Shown piece by piece: positions 11,445-21,595 of a stretch of DNA of 64,000 bases. Position 1 is the first letter of the stretch. Every line of letters starts with the position of its first letter. The translations under genes and the position numbers were made by a program. A model generated the notes under the pieces. It saw only the letters and a program-made list of their open reading frames with translations, did no database searches and was not told where the DNA came from. Location of the stretch: NCBI GenBank assembly GCA_964415305.1, contig CAYPZE010000001.1, forward strand, positions 456 through 64,455, in the 5' to 3' direction. The DNA is from an uncultured Methylotenera sp. (GTDB lineage Bacteria > Pseudomonadota > Gammaproteobacteria > Burkholderiales > Methylophilaceae).

Positions 11445-11488
11445 AAGTGGAATATTTGCCAACTCTCTGTGAACACCCTCCTTCTTAT

Positions 11489-12079
11489 ATGTCACGTCAA
11501 GCTGAAGTCACGCGTAATACGCTAGAAACACAAATTACCGTCTCGATTAACCTCGATGGCACCGGCCAATCAGACTTGCATAGTGGCTTGGGTTTTTTAG
11601 ACCATATGCTGGACCAAATTGCACGCCATGGCATGATTGATATGAAAATCCATGCCAACGGTGACTTGCATATTGATGCACACCATACGGTTGAAGATAT
11701 TGGCATCACGCTGGGGCAGGCTTTTACCAAGGCGTTAGGTGATAAAAAAGGCCTGACGCGTTATGGCCACAGCTATGTGCCACTGGATGAAGCGTTGAGC
11801 CGTGTGGCGCTGGATTTGTCTGGTCGCCCCGGCCTGGCTTTTGATTGCACGTTTACGCGTGCCATGATCGGCGAGTTTGATGTCGATCTGATCCATGAAT
11901 TTTTCCAGGGTTTTGTGAATCATGCGCTGGTCACGCTGCATATTGATAACCTCAAGGGAAATAATGCGCACCATCAGGCGGAGACGATATTCAAAGCCTT
12001 CGGTCGTGCATTGCGTATTGCCGCGACCCCAGATCCACGTATGGCAGGATTGATGCCATCTACCAAGGGTGCGTTATAA
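11489..12079 (+). CDS. hisB: Imidazoleglycerol-phosphate dehydratase
   Basis: [35 protein letters not shown]; ATG at 11489. Confidence 0.96.
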   Translation: MSRQAEVTRNTLETQITVSINLDGTGQSDLHSGLGFLDHMLDQIARHGMIDMKIHANGDLHIDAHHTVEDIGITLGQAFTKALGDKKGLTRYGHSYVPLDEALSRVALDLSGRPGLAFDCTFTRAMIGEFDVDLIHEFFQGFVNHALVTLHIDNLKGNNAHHQAETIFKAFGRALRIAATPDPRMAGLMPSTKGAL

Positions 12080-12095
12080 CGCCTGATTGCTTATC

Positions 12096-12740
12096 ATGAG
12101 TCACTTGCAAGTCGCCATTGTTGATTATGGCATGGGTAATTTAAGATCGGTGGCCAACGCATTTAAAGCGGTGGCGCCTTCTATTTCTATTGCGATCACC
12201 AGCGATCCTGAGCAGATTGCACAGGCTGAGCGCGTCGTGTTTCCAGGCCAGGGTGCGATGCCGGATTGTATCCGTGAGCTCGATGCGCGTGATTTGCGCC
12301 AGGCCGTCATTGCCGCCACTCAGCAAAAGCCGTTTTTAGGCATTTGTATCGGTTTGCAGATGCTGTTTGAGCATTCTGACGAGGGTGATGTGCCGGGGTT
12401 GGGTGTTTACCGCGGCGAGGTTAAGCGCTTTCCTGCAGACAAAATGCATGATGCGCAAGGTGCCAAACTGAAGGTACCACACATGGGCTGGAGCCAAGTG
12501 CATCAAACACAGGCGCATGCGCTGTGGGCAGAGATTCCAGATCAGTCGCGCTTTTATTATGTGCATAGCTATTATGTGGCACCAGCAGAGCCTACTTTAA
12601 CTGCAGCCACCACTGCTTATCCGTTTGATTACACGGGCGCAATTGCCTGCGATAATGTGTTTGCCGTACAGTTTCACCCGGAAAAGAGCGCCAATGCAGG
12701 CTTGCAACTTTTACGTAATTTTGTACACTGGAAACCCTAA
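12096..12740 (+). CDS. hisH: IGP synthase glutaminase subunit
   Basis: DYGMGNL, PGQG, GICIG, QFHPEKS. Confidence 0.96.
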   Translation: MSHLQVAIVDYGMGNLRSVANAFKAVAPSISIAITSDPEQIAQAERVVFPGQGAMPDCIRELDARDLRQAVIAATQQKPFLGICIGLQMLFEHSDEGDVPGLGVYRGEVKRFPADKMHDAQGAKLKVPHMGWSQVHQTQAHALWAEIPDQSRFYYVHSYYVAPAEPTLTAATTAYPFDYTGAIACDNVFAVQFHPEKSANAGLQLLRNFVHWKP

Positions 12741-12793
12741 ACAGCTTTTCAGTCGTTTTAGTCACTACTCGTTATTTATCTATTGAAAACAAC

Positions 12794-13540
12794 ATGTTAA
12801 TTATTCCAGCAATTGATTTGAAAGATGGCCATTGCGTGCGTTTGAAGCAGGGTCTGATGGAAGAGTCCACAGTATTTTCCGAAGACCCGGGCGCCATGGC
12901 CAGGCATTGGGTAGATAAAGGCGGCAAGCGTTTGCATTTGGTGGATCTGAATGGTGCTTTCGCTGGTAAGCCAGTCAATGAGGATGCAATTAAGTCCATC
13001 GTTGCCGCAGTGGGTGGGGATATTCCTATCCAGTTGGGGGGCGGTATTCGCGACCTGGATACCATTGAGCGCTATCTGGATGACGGCATCAGCTATGTCA
13101 TTATCGGCACCGCAGCGGTGAAAAACCCTGGCTTTTTGCATGAGGCTTGTTATGCCTTCCCTGGCCAGATCATGGTTGGGCTGGATGCCAAGGATGGCAA
13201 GGTTGCCGTGGATGGCTGGTCTAAGCTAACCGGTCACGACGTGATTGACCTGGCGAAAAAGTTTGAAGATTACGGTGTGGAAAGCATTGTTTATACCGAC
13301 ATTGGCCGTGATGGCATGTTGACAGGTGTCAATATTGAAGCCACCGTTGCTTTGGCGCAGGCGTTAACGATTCCTGTGATTGCCAGCGGCGGCGTGACCA
13401 ATCTCGACGATGTGCGCAAGTTATGCGATGTGCAGGACGAAGGCATTATTGGCACCATCACTGGTCGGGCTATTTATGAAGGCACGCTGGACTTCGCGGC
13501 AGCGCAACAGCTGGCAGACCAGTTGAGCGGTCAAAAATAA
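12794..13540 (+). CDS. hisA: ProFAR isomerase
   Basis: [34 protein letters not shown]. Confidence 0.97.
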   Translation: MLIIPAIDLKDGHCVRLKQGLMEESTVFSEDPGAMARHWVDKGGKRLHLVDLNGAFAGKPVNEDAIKSIVAAVGGDIPIQLGGGIRDLDTIERYLDDGISYVIIGTAAVKNPGFLHEACYAFPGQIMVGLDAKDGKVAVDGWSKLTGHDVIDLAKKFEDYGVESIVYTDIGRDGMLTGVNIEATVALAQALTIPVIASGGVTNLDDVRKLCDVQDEGIIGTITGRAIYEGTLDFAAAQQLADQLSGQK

Positions 13541-14304
13541 TGGGCTGTGCCAAACGCATTATTCCGTGTCTGGATGTCACCGATGGCCGCGTTGTCAAAG
13601 GCGTCAACTTCCTGGAGTTGCGCGATGCGGGTGACCCGGTAGAAATTGCACAACGTTACAATGACCAGGGTGCGGATGAGCTGACGTTTTTAGATATCAC
13701 GGCCAGCTCTGATAATCGCGACCTGATTCTGCATATTATCGAACGGGTTGCCGAGCAGATTTTTATTCCACTCACTGTTGGTGGCGGTGTGCGCAAGGTG
13801 GAAGATGTGCGCCGTTTGCTCAATGCGGGTGCAGATAAAGTCAGTATCAACACGACGGCGGTGCTAAATCCGCAAGTGGTTGAAGATGCTGCCAGCCGCT
13901 TTGGCTCGCAATGTATTGTGGTGGCCATTGACGCTAAAAAGGTTGATAACCAGCCATTTGAGTGGGAGGTTTTCACGCATGGCGGCCGTCATGCCACTGG
14001 CCTGGATGCGGTGAAATGGGCGCAGAAGATGGTCAGCTTGGGCGCAGGTGAATTGCTGGTGACCAGTATGGATCGTGACGGTACCAAAATTGGTTTCAAT
14101 AACCCGCTCAATAAAGCCATTAGCGACGCCGTGGATGTGCCATTGATTGCCTCAGGCGGTGTGGGTAATTTGCAACACCTGGTCGATGGTGTGACCCTGG
14201 GTGGCGCCGATGCTGTATTGGCTGCCAGTATTTTTCACTATGGTGAATTCACGGTACAACAGGCCAAAGACTATATGCGCGAACACGGGTTGGAAATACG
14301 ATGA
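13540..14304 (+). CDS. hisF: IGP synthase cyclase subunit
   Basis: [28 protein letters not shown]. Confidence 0.97.
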   Translation: MGCAKRIIPCLDVTDGRVVKGVNFLELRDAGDPVEIAQRYNDQGADELTFLDITASSDNRDLILHIIERVAEQIFIPLTVGGGVRKVEDVRRLLNAGADKVSINTTAVLNPQVVEDAASRFGSQCIVVAIDAKKVDNQPFEWEVFTHGGRHATGLDAVKWAQKMVSLGAGELLVTSMDRDGTKIGFNNPLNKAISDAVDVPLIASGGVGNLQHLVDGVTLGGADAVLAASIFHYGEFTVQQAKDYMREHGLEIR

Positions 14305-14684
14305 GCTGGCTGGATCAAGTCGCCTGGACGTCTGATGGCCTGGTGCCGGTGATTGCGCAGGAGAAAGATACCGGCAAGATATTGATGTTTGCCTGGATGA
14401 ACCGTGAGGCGTTACAACTGACCCGCGATACAGGTCATGCTGTGTATTTCTCCCGCTCACGTAACAAGTTGTGGCACAAGGGCGAAGAGTCCGGTCATAC
14501 ACAAATCGTGCATGATATCCGCCTCGATTGCGACGACGACGTCGTCTTGCTCACGGTAGAACAACTGGGCGGCATTGCTTGTCATACCGGTCGACACAAT
14601 TGCTTTTTCCAGCAATTGCAAAACGATGACTGGGTCACGGTGGAGCCGGTCATCAAAGATCCGAAAGCGATTTACCATGAGTGA
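14301..14684 (+). CDS. hisI: Phosphoribosyl-AMP cyclohydrolase
   Basis: [30 protein letters not shown]. Confidence 0.96.
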   Translation: MSWLDQVAWTSDGLVPVIAQEKDTGKILMFAWMNREALQLTRDTGHAVYFSRSRNKLWHKGEESGHTQIVHDIRLDCDDDVVLLTVEQLGGIACHTGRHNCFFQQLQNDDWVTVEPVIKDPKAIYHE

Positions 14685-14994
14685 TGTATTAAATCGACTG
14701 TCTGAATTAATGGAGCAGCGTAAAGCGGCTGATCCAGCGTCTTCTTATGTGGCTAAACTCTACGCCAAAGGCATGGACAGCATCCTGAAAAAAATTGGTG
14801 AAGAGGCCACTGAAACCGTGATTGCCGCCAAGGGCGGTAATACAGACGAAATCATTTATGAAACGGCTGACTTATGGTTTCATACCTTGGTCATGCTGAG
14901 TCATGCCGGGCTCAGAGCGCAGGACGTGCTGGATGAACTGGCCCGACGCGAAGGCTTATCGGGCATTGCAGAGAAAGCGAGCAGAACAGAATGA
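14677..14994 (+). CDS. hisE: Phosphoribosyl-ATP pyrophosphatase
   Basis: [24 protein letters not shown]; ATG at 14677 overlaps hisI. Confidence 0.95.
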   Translation: MSDVLNRLSELMEQRKAADPASSYVAKLYAKGMDSILKKIGEEATETVIAAKGGNTDEIIYETADLWFHTLVMLSHAGLRAQDVLDELARREGLSGIAEKASRTE

Positions 14995-15320
14995 GCGCGG
15001 ATTGTATCTTTTGTAAAATCGCTGCTGGCACTATTCCGTCTAAATCGCTTTACGAAGACGACGATGTGATCGTGTTTCATGACATTCGTCCTCTGGCAAA
15101 AACACATTTTTTGATTGTACCTAAAGCACACATTGAAACACTCAAAGACTGTCGCGCCGAGCATCAGGCGCTGTTAGGCAAAATGATGCTGCTGGCGGCA
15201 AAGCTGGCAGCGGAGCAAGGCTTGGTAGGCTATAAGACCTTGATGAATGTTGGCCGCGAAGGCGGGCAAGAAGTGTTTCATATTCATCTGCACGTTTTTG
15301 GCGGCGGCGCTGCCGCTTAA
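14991..15320 (+). CDS. Histidine triad (HinT-like) nucleotide-binding protein
   Basis: [17 protein letters not shown]. Confidence 0.93.
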   Translation: MSADCIFCKIAAGTIPSKSLYEDDDVIVFHDIRPLAKTHFLIVPKAHIETLKDCRAEHQALLGKMMLLAAKLAAEQGLVGYKTLMNVGREGGQEVFHIHLHVFGGGAAA

Positions 15321-15346
15321 TATCGGCGGATAAAATAAAGGAGATT

Positions 15347-15532
15347 ATGATGGGATCATTTAGTTTGTGGCACTGGCTGATTGTATTGCTGATTGTGGTA
15401 TTGGTGTTTGGTACCAAAAAACTGCGTAATATCGGCGGGGATGTCGGCGGTGCGGTCAACGAATTTAAAAAAGCCGTCAATGAAGGCAAAGGCGAGTCCA
15501 AGCCTGAAGAGTTGTCAGACAAAAATAAATAA
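15347..15532 (+). CDS. tatA: Tat translocase subunit A
   Basis: WHWLIV...[12 protein letters not shown]...FKKA. Confidence 0.93.
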   Translation: MMGSFSLWHWLIVLLIVVLVFGTKKLRNIGGDVGGAVNEFKKAVNEGKGESKPEELSDKNK

Positions 15533-15545
15533 GCACTGACGCATT

Positions 15546-16067
15546 GTGTTTGATATTTCATTCTCAGAATTACTGGTCATCGCAGTGGTTGCCCTGGTGG
15601 TGATCGGGCCGGAAAAATTACCAAAAGTCGCCCGCACTGCGGGCGCTTTTTTTGGCCGTTTGCAGCGTTTTGTCACGCAAGTGAAAGAGGAAGTCAACCG
15701 TGAAACCCGGTTTGCCGAGCTGCAAACGCTGCAGCAGGAAGTGCAATCCGGCTTACAGCAAACCTACGACGACATCGAGCACAGTATTCTGCCGGGTGAA
15801 CCGGCGGTAGATGCCGTCGTGGATGCTGAAGTTGCCAGCACGGCCAAGAAGCCTCGCAAGCCGCGTCAGGGTAAAATGACCGTTGCTGATGAAGCAGCTG
15901 CGACTGCAACTGCAACTGCAACTGCTGAGCAGCCAGTCTTGGATGCAGATCCACAGGCCGAATTATTTGCTGTTGCAGACAGTCAGAAAAAGCCACGCCG
16001 GCCGCGTCACACGGCCAAAAAGGCCGCCGCCGCTGTGTCTGATGCCGAACAAAACCCACTGGCTTAA
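15546..16067 (+). CDS. tatB: Tat translocase subunit B
   Basis: MFDISFSEL...GPEKLP; GTG start. Confidence 0.93.
   Translation: MFDISFSELLVIAVVALVVIGPEKLPKVARTAGAFFGRLQRFVTQVKEEVNRETRFAELQTLQQEVQSGLQQTYDDIEHSILPGEPAVDAVVDAEVASTAKKPRKPRQGKMTVADEAAATATATATAEQPVLDADPQAELFAVADSQKKPRRPRHTAKKAAAAVSDAEQNPLA
15903..15926 (+). repeat. In-frame 6-bp tandem repeat (ACTGCA)x3 + ACTGCT in tatB
   Basis: Encodes the Thr-Ala run within ATATATATA. Confidence 0.8.
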
Positions 16068-16091
16068 GCCATTCTGGATGCCTCCTTCATC

Positions 16092-16829
16092 ATGACACCC
16101 ACTGAAAGTTTCATTTCTCACCTGATTGAGTTACGTCATCGCTTACTGCGCGCCGTCATTGGCTGGCTGCTGGCGTTTGCTGCTTTGTTCCCTTTTGCAG
16201 ACCGCCTATATACTTTGTTAGCCGCACCCTTGCTGGCAAAGCTGCCACAAGGCGCACAAATGATTGCGACTGCAGTCACCACGCCGTTTTTTGTGCCGAT
16301 GAAAGTCACCATGTTAACGGCGTTTTTGATTGCATTGCCGTGGATGATTTATCAATGCTGGGAATTTGTCGCCCCGGGTTTGTATACACATGAAAAGCGC
16401 TTGATTCGCCCATTGCTGGCCTCGGCGGTTGTTTTATTTTTTATTGGCATGGCCTTTGCCTATTTTGTCGTGTTTCCGGTTGTGTTTGGCTTTTTGGTGG
16501 GGAGTGCCCCAGCAGGGGTGGCTGTGATGACAGACATCGCCGAGTATCTGGATTTTGTGATTGGCCTGTTTCTGGCGTTTGGGTTTGCGTTTGAGGTGCC
16601 GATTGCCGTGGTGTTGCTGGCTTTGATGGGCTGGGTAACCGAGGCGCAGCTCAAAGAATCACGTTCTTATGTGATTGTAGGAGCATTTGTGCTGGGGGCC
16701 ATTTTCACCCCGCCGGATATCGTGTCGCAGTGTATGTTAGCGATTCCGCTATGGTTGCTGTATGAGCTTGGGTTGCTGGTGGTGCGCTGGCTGCCACGAG
16801 CGCCAGCCAGCGACTCTGCTGCAAGTTAA
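16092..16829 (+). CDS. tatC: Tat translocase subunit C
   Basis: SHLIELRHRL, FVAPGLYTHEK, FEVP, TPPD. Confidence 0.96.
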   Translation: MTPTESFISHLIELRHRLLRAVIGWLLAFAALFPFADRLYTLLAAPLLAKLPQGAQMIATAVTTPFFVPMKVTMLTAFLIALPWMIYQCWEFVAPGLYTHEKRLIRPLLASAVVLFFIGMAFAYFVVFPVVFGFLVGSAPAGVAVMTDIAEYLDFVIGLFLAFGFAFEVPIAVVLLALMGWVTEAQLKESRSYVIVGAFVLGAIFTPPDIVSQCMLAIPLWLLYELGLLVVRWLPRAPASDSAAS

Positions 16830-16830
16830 G

Positions 16831-17991
16831 TTATTGCAGCAGTTTGCTCGGTAGTGGGCGCTTGCCAACTACCAGGGCAATATTCACTTTTTTACCTGCA
16901 CGGATAATGGATAGCGTTGCTTTGTCACGTGGCTTGAGCATGGCAATGATGTTCAGCATTGATTGACTGTCCACCACTTGCGTGTCGTCAATCGCTACCA
17001 GAATATCGCCAGGGCGCAAGCCTGCGCGATCGGCTGGGCTATCCAATAGCACGCCTGCAATCAATGAGCCGTTAGCCGTTTTCAGGTTAAATGATTCAGC
17101 CAGTTCTGGCGTAATGTCTTGTGCTTCAATGCCTATCCAGCCACGCGTGACTGTGCCATTGGAGCTGATTTGCTCCATGACCTGTTTGGCGATACTGACA
17201 GGAATGGCAAAGCCGATCCCCATGCTGCCGCCGTTACGCGAATAAATCGCACTGTTAATCCCAATCAAATTACCGTTGACATCAATGAGTGCGCCGCCCG
17301 AGTTGCCAGGGTTGATCGAGGCATCCGTCTGAATAAAATTTTCAAAGGTGTTAATCCCAAGGTGGTTACGGCCTAGTGCACTGATAATGCCTTGTGTCAC
17401 GGTCTGGCCGACGCCAAAAGGGTTGCCAATGGCTAACACAACATCGCCGACTTTCATCTGGTCACTATTGCTAAATGTAATCGCTGGCAGGTCTTTACGG
17501 TCAATCTTAAGTACCGCCAGGTCAGTGTCCGGGTCTGTGCCGACTACAGTGGCTGAGGATTTGCTGCCATCACTGAGCGCGACTTCGATCTGGTCAGCCG
17601 AACTGATGACGTGATTGTTGGTGAGGATCAGGCCGTCGGCGCTGACGATGACGCCACTGCCCAGGCTGTTTTCTGGTTGTTCGTCTTCTTCTTCCATTTC
17701 CTCGCCAAAAAAGTGACGAAACAGCGGGTCATTTTTCAGGGCATGATGCGGGTCCTGGCTGATGCGTGCCGTGGTGAAGATGTTGACCACAGAAGGCATG
17801 GCCTTGCTCACAGCAGTGCGATAGCCATTTTTGGCGATGACTGCTGTAGTATTGTCTGCGACCTGTTTGCTGACCGGCGCTTGGCTGGGGGCGGGCATTA
17901 ACACGCCGGGATAAAATAGCTTCAAGACAAACAAAATGCCCAGACAAACGGTGACGGCTTGTGAGAAGATAGACCAGAGATGTCGCATCAT
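16831..17991 (-). CDS. HtrA-family serine protease with one PDZ domain (DegS/AlgW-like)
   Basis: N-terminal anchor, TNNHV, DLAV, TDASINPGNSGG; start ATG at 17991 or 17988. Confidence 0.9.
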   Translation of the reverse strand: MMRHLWSIFSQAVTVCLGILFVLKLFYPGVLMPAPSQAPVSKQVADNTTAVIAKNGYRTAVSKAMPSVVNIFTTARISQDPHHALKNDPLFRHFFGEEMEEEDEQPENSLGSGVIVSADGLILTNNHVISSADQIEVALSDGSKSSATVVGTDPDTDLAVLKIDRKDLPAITFSNSDQMKVGDVVLAIGNPFGVGQTVTQGIISALGRNHLGINTFENFIQTDASINPGNSGGALIDVNGNLIGINSAIYSRNGGSMGIGFAIPVSIAKQVMEQISSNGTVTRGWIGIEAQDITPELAESFNLKTANGSLIAGVLLDSPADRAGLRPGDILVAIDDTQVVDSQSMLNIIAMLKPRDKATLSIIRAGKKVNIALVVGKRPLPSKLLQ

Positions 17992-18043
17992 TGCAAAAAT
18001 AAGTGAATGTCTTAACAATGCCTAGTATATATGAGAGTCGCAG

Positions 18044-18790
18044 ATGGAATTGAATCTTCTTGTCACTGAGTTGGCCAATTTTTTACAAGTTGGCAAATTT
18101 CAAGATTATTGCCCAAATGGTTTACAGGTAGAAGGGCGGCCACAGGTGCGGCGTATCGTCAGCGGTGTGACGGCTAGCCAGGCGCTGATTGAGGCCGCAA
18201 TTGCCGCTGATGCCGATGCAATTTTGGTGCACCATGGTTACTTTTGGCGCGGTGAGGCGGCTGAAGTCACGGGGCTTAAGCGCAACCGCTTAAAGCGGCT
18301 GCTGACACATGATCTGAGCCTGCTGGCCTATCATTTGCCGCTAGACGCCCATCCTGAGGTAGGGAATAACGTGCAGTTGGGCGGAGTGTTTGAGTGGCCA
18401 ATTACACGCTACCTGGATGATAAAAGCATGCTGCCGATGGCAGAGTTGCCTCAAGCGCTGACATTGGCGCAGTTGGGCGAGCACGTCAGCGCTTGCCTGG
18501 GGCGGCAGGCGCAACTGCTAGGTGATCCGCAAAAACAGGTGCGAACCGTGGCCTGGTGTACGGGGGCGGCACAATCTTATATTCAGCAAGTGGTGAATGC
18601 CGGGGTGGATGTGTTTATCAGCGGTGAAGTGTCGGAGCAAACCTGGCACACGGTATGTGAAACCGAAACAGCGTATATCAGTGCTGGTCATCACGCGACT
18701 GAGCGCTATGGCGTGCAGGCGCTCGGGCAGTGGATTGCCGAAAAGTATGGCATTGAGCATATTTATGTTGAGCTGGATAACCCTGTTTAA
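18044..18790 (+). CDS. Nif3-like dinuclear metal protein (YbgI)
   Basis: DYCPNGLQVEG, VHHG, YHLPLDAH, GHHATE. Confidence 0.93.
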   Translation: MELNLLVTELANFLQVGKFQDYCPNGLQVEGRPQVRRIVSGVTASQALIEAAIAADADAILVHHGYFWRGEAAEVTGLKRNRLKRLLTHDLSLLAYHLPLDAHPEVGNNVQLGGVFEWPITRYLDDKSMLPMAELPQALTLAQLGEHVSACLGRQAQLLGDPQKQVRTVAWCTGAAQSYIQQVVNAGVDVFISGEVSEQTWHTVCETETAYISAGHHATERYGVQALGQWIAEKYGIEHIYVELDNPV

Positions 18791-18804
18791 TTGATTAATA
18801 TCAA
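18791..18804. promoter_or_regulatory. FNR/ANR-type box
   Basis: TTGAT-TAAT-ATCAA, exact match to TTGAT-N4-ATCAA. Confidence 0.75.
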
Positions 18805-18822
18805 TGACTTATTGAATTAAAT

Positions 18823-18851
18823 TTGGCTTGTTTATGCGAAAAATGTATAAT
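18823..18851 (+). promoter_or_regulatory. petABC promoter
   Basis: TTGGCT, 17 nt spacer, TATAAT (18846-51). Confidence 0.7.
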
Positions 18852-18906
18852 CGCGACTCAAGTTTTGATCACACTGTTACCTCAAAAGGGTAGATTAAGG
18901 AAGCCA

Positions 18907-19527
18907 ATGTCAGAAAACAAAATTGACAACAACTGTTTGTCGTTTTGCCAGCCATCTGAGGTGGATTTGCAAAAACGCGATTTTTTGGTGAAAGCCACGG
19001 CAGCGACTGGTGCTGTGGGTGTTGCCGCGGTCGCCGTGCCATTTGTTGGCAGCATGCTACCTAGTGAGCGCGCCAAAGCGGCTGGTGCACCCGTCGAGGT
19101 GGATATCAGCAAGCTGAAACCGGGTGAGAAAATGACGGCCGAATGGCGCGGTCAGCCAGTATGGATTGTGCGCCGTACACCGGAAATGCTGGCCAAGCTG
19201 GTCAAGCATGATGATCAGTTGTCTGATCCAAACCTGGAAGTGCCGCAACAGCCTGAATACTGTAAAAACAAAGATCGTTCAATTAAGCCTGAGTTCGCTG
19301 TAATGTTGGGGACATGCACGCATTTGGGTTGCTCACCGAACGATAACTTTGCAGTTACAGCTGACTGGGATGGTGGTTTCGTTTGTCCATGCCACGGCTC
19401 TAAATTCGATCTGTCCGGTCGTGTGTTCAAGGGCTCACCTGCCCCTAAAAACCTGTTGATTCCACCCCATCAATACCTGACAGACACGACATTGCTGATC
19501 GGCGAAGACAAAAAGGCGGAGGCTTAA
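18907..19527 (+). CDS. petA: Rieske Fe-S subunit of cytochrome bc1
   Basis: KRDFL Tat-like motif, CTHLGC and CPCHGS; ATG at 18907 after AAGGA. Confidence 0.95.
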   Translation: MSENKIDNNCLSFCQPSEVDLQKRDFLVKATAATGAVGVAAVAVPFVGSMLPSERAKAAGAPVEVDISKLKPGEKMTAEWRGQPVWIVRRTPEMLAKLVKHDDQLSDPNLEVPQQPEYCKNKDRSIKPEFAVMLGTCTHLGCSPNDNFAVTADWDGGFVCPCHGSKFDLSGRVFKGSPAPKNLLIPPHQYLTDTTLLIGEDKKAEA

Positions 19528-19533
19528 AATATC

Positions 19534-20820
19534 ATGGCAACGACTAAAAAAACAATTGCCGCTGGTGTGTTGGACTGGGTGGACGCCCGCTTTCCGCTCA
19601 CCAGTACCATCAAGGGACATCTGACTGAGTATTACGCGCCAAAAAACTTCAATTTTTGGTATTTCTTTGGTTCATTGGCTTTATTGGTGTTGGTGCTGCA
19701 AATCGTCACCGGTATCTTTTTGACCATGAACTACAAGCCGGATGCGGAACTGGCGTTTGCTTCTGTTGAATACATCATGCGTGATGTGTTTGGCGGCAAT
19801 ATTATTCGCTACATGCACTCAACGGGTGCTTCCATGTTTTTTGTGGTGGTTTACCTGCATATGTTCCGTGGCATTATTTACGGCTCATACAGAACGCCGC
19901 GTGAATTGATCTGGCTGTTTGGTGTAGGTATTTTCCTGGTGTTGATGGGCGAGGCGTTCTTTGGTTACCTGCTGCCATGGGGCCAGATGTCCTACTGGGG
20001 TGCACAAGTGATTGTGAACCTGTTCTCTACTGTGCCATTTATCGGACCTGACTTGTCCGAGTGGCTGCGTGGTGACTATCTGGTTTCCGATGCCACTTTA
20101 AACCGTTTCTTTGCTTTTCACGTGATTGCGTTGCCGCTGGTGTTGTTGGGTCTGGTGGCCGTGCATATCGTGGCCTTGCATGAAGTAGGTTCAAACAACC
20201 CTGACGGCGTTGAAATTAAAGCGACGAAGGATAAAGCCACTGGTATTCCATTGGATGGTATTCCTTTCCATCCTTACTACTCAGTGAAAGACCTGGTGGG
20301 TGTGGTCGCGTTCCTGATGGTGTTCTTTGCTATCGTGTTTTTTATGCCTGAAATGGGTGGTTACTTCCTCGAGGCCAACAACTTCGTACCGGCAGATCCA
20401 CTGAAAACACCTGCACACATTGCGCCAGTCTGGTATTTCACGCCTTACTACTCCATTTTACGTGCTGTGCCGCCTATCGGTATTTCACAATTCCCTGGTG
20501 TGGTGGCGATGGGCTTGTCTGTAGTTGCCTTTGCATTCCTGCCTTGGCTGGACAAGAGCCCGGTGAAATCTATTCGTTATCGTGGCAAATTGTACAAGCG
20601 CTGGTTGACTGCGTTTGTGGTGAGCTTCGTGATCCTGGGGTATCTGGGCACGGTGCCAGGTGACATTTGGGGTCAATTCGGACCATGGTTGGGTCGTGCA
20701 GATCGTGCAACAGTGCTTGCCCGTATTTGTAGCGTGGTGTACTTCGCATTCTTTGTTTTGATGCCTTGGTTCACTAAAAAAGATCAAACCAAGCCTGTGC
20801 CAGAAAGGGTGACATACTAA
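19534..20820 (+). CDS. petB: Cytochrome b
   Basis: RYMHSTGAS, YLLPWGQMSYWG, RFFAFH, PVWY. Confidence 0.97.
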   Translation: MATTKKTIAAGVLDWVDARFPLTSTIKGHLTEYYAPKNFNFWYFFGSLALLVLVLQIVTGIFLTMNYKPDAELAFASVEYIMRDVFGGNIIRYMHSTGASMFFVVVYLHMFRGIIYGSYRTPRELIWLFGVGIFLVLMGEAFFGYLLPWGQMSYWGAQVIVNLFSTVPFIGPDLSEWLRGDYLVSDATLNRFFAFHVIALPLVLLGLVAVHIVALHEVGSNNPDGVEIKATKDKATGIPLDGIPFHPYYSVKDLVGVVAFLMVFFAIVFFMPEMGGYFLEANNFVPADPLKTPAHIAPVWYFTPYYSILRAVPPIGISQFPGVVAMGLSVVAFAFLPWLDKSPVKSIRYRGKLYKRWLTAFVVSFVILGYLGTVPGDIWGQFGPWLGRADRATVLARICSVVYFAFFVLMPWFTKKDQTKPVPERVTY

Positions 20821-21530
20821 TGATGAAGAAAATCTTTTTGCAGGCTTTTGCCAGCCTGACATTGCTGGTTTCTGGCGTGGCATTGGCCAATGAAGTGCAC
20901 ATTGACGTGAAAGCGCCAATCAGCATGAGTGATAAGGCTTCTTTGCAACGCGGTGCCAAAAACTTTGTGAACTACTGCTTAAACTGCCATAGCGCGAACT
21001 ACATGCGTTATAACCGTTTGCAGGATATCGGCCTGACCGACAAACAGATCAAGGAAAACTTGCTGTTTGCCGGTGAAAAAGTCGGTGAGACCATGCGCGT
21101 GAGCATGAATCCCAAAGATGCTAAAAAATGGTTCGGTGCTGCACCGCCAGACTTGAGCGTTGAGGTGCGTGCGCGTGGTGCAGATTGGGTGTATGCCTAC
21201 CTGCGTAGTTTCTACAAAGATGACACCCGTCCAACCGGCTGGAATAACCAGGTATTTGACAAAGTGGCCATGCCGCACGTGCTGTATGAGTTGCAAGGTG
21301 TGCAGGTGCTGGATCACGAAACGCATACTCTTAAGTTGGAAAAAGCCGGTAAGTTGAGTCCTGAAGAGTATGACCAGTTTGCGGGTGATTTAACCAACTT
21401 CCTGGCGTTTATGGCCGAGCCAGCCAAACAGTCCCGTTTGTGGATTGGTGTGGTGGTATTGCTGTTCCTGTCTGTGCTGTTAGTCTTGGTGAAAAAAATC
21501 AAAGCCGAATACTGGAAAGATATTCGCTAA
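20820..21530 (+). CDS. petC: Cytochrome c1
   Basis: LQRGAKNFVNYCLNCH heme motif, PPDL, AMP, C-terminal TM. Confidence 0.96.
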   Translation: MMKKIFLQAFASLTLLVSGVALANEVHIDVKAPISMSDKASLQRGAKNFVNYCLNCHSANYMRYNRLQDIGLTDKQIKENLLFAGEKVGETMRVSMNPKDAKKWFGAAPPDLSVEVRARGADWVYAYLRSFYKDDTRPTGWNNQVFDKVAMPHVLYELQGVQVLDHETHTLKLEKAGKLSPEEYDQFAGDLTNFLAFMAEPAKQSRLWIGVVVLLFLSVLLVLVKKIKAEYWKDIR

Positions 21531-21545
21531 TTGCAAACCAAGTCC

Positions 21546-21579
21546 GACACCAAGGCGTGAGGCCTTGGTGTCTTTTTTT
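21546..21579 (+). terminator. Intrinsic terminator after petC
   Basis: gacaccaaggc-gtgag-gccttggtgtc followed by T7. Confidence 0.85.
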
Positions 21580-21595
21580 ATAGGGAAAATAAATT

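Noticed and set aside
11472-11486. Anti-SD-like CACCCTCCTT just before the hisB start
   Set aside because: Short; on the minus strand it is not followed by a well-spaced start and ORF; probably chance.
19380-20440. Rieske GSKF instead of GSxY and cytochrome b PVWY instead of PEWY
   Set aside because: Known normal variants of beta/gammaproteobacterial bc1 complexes.
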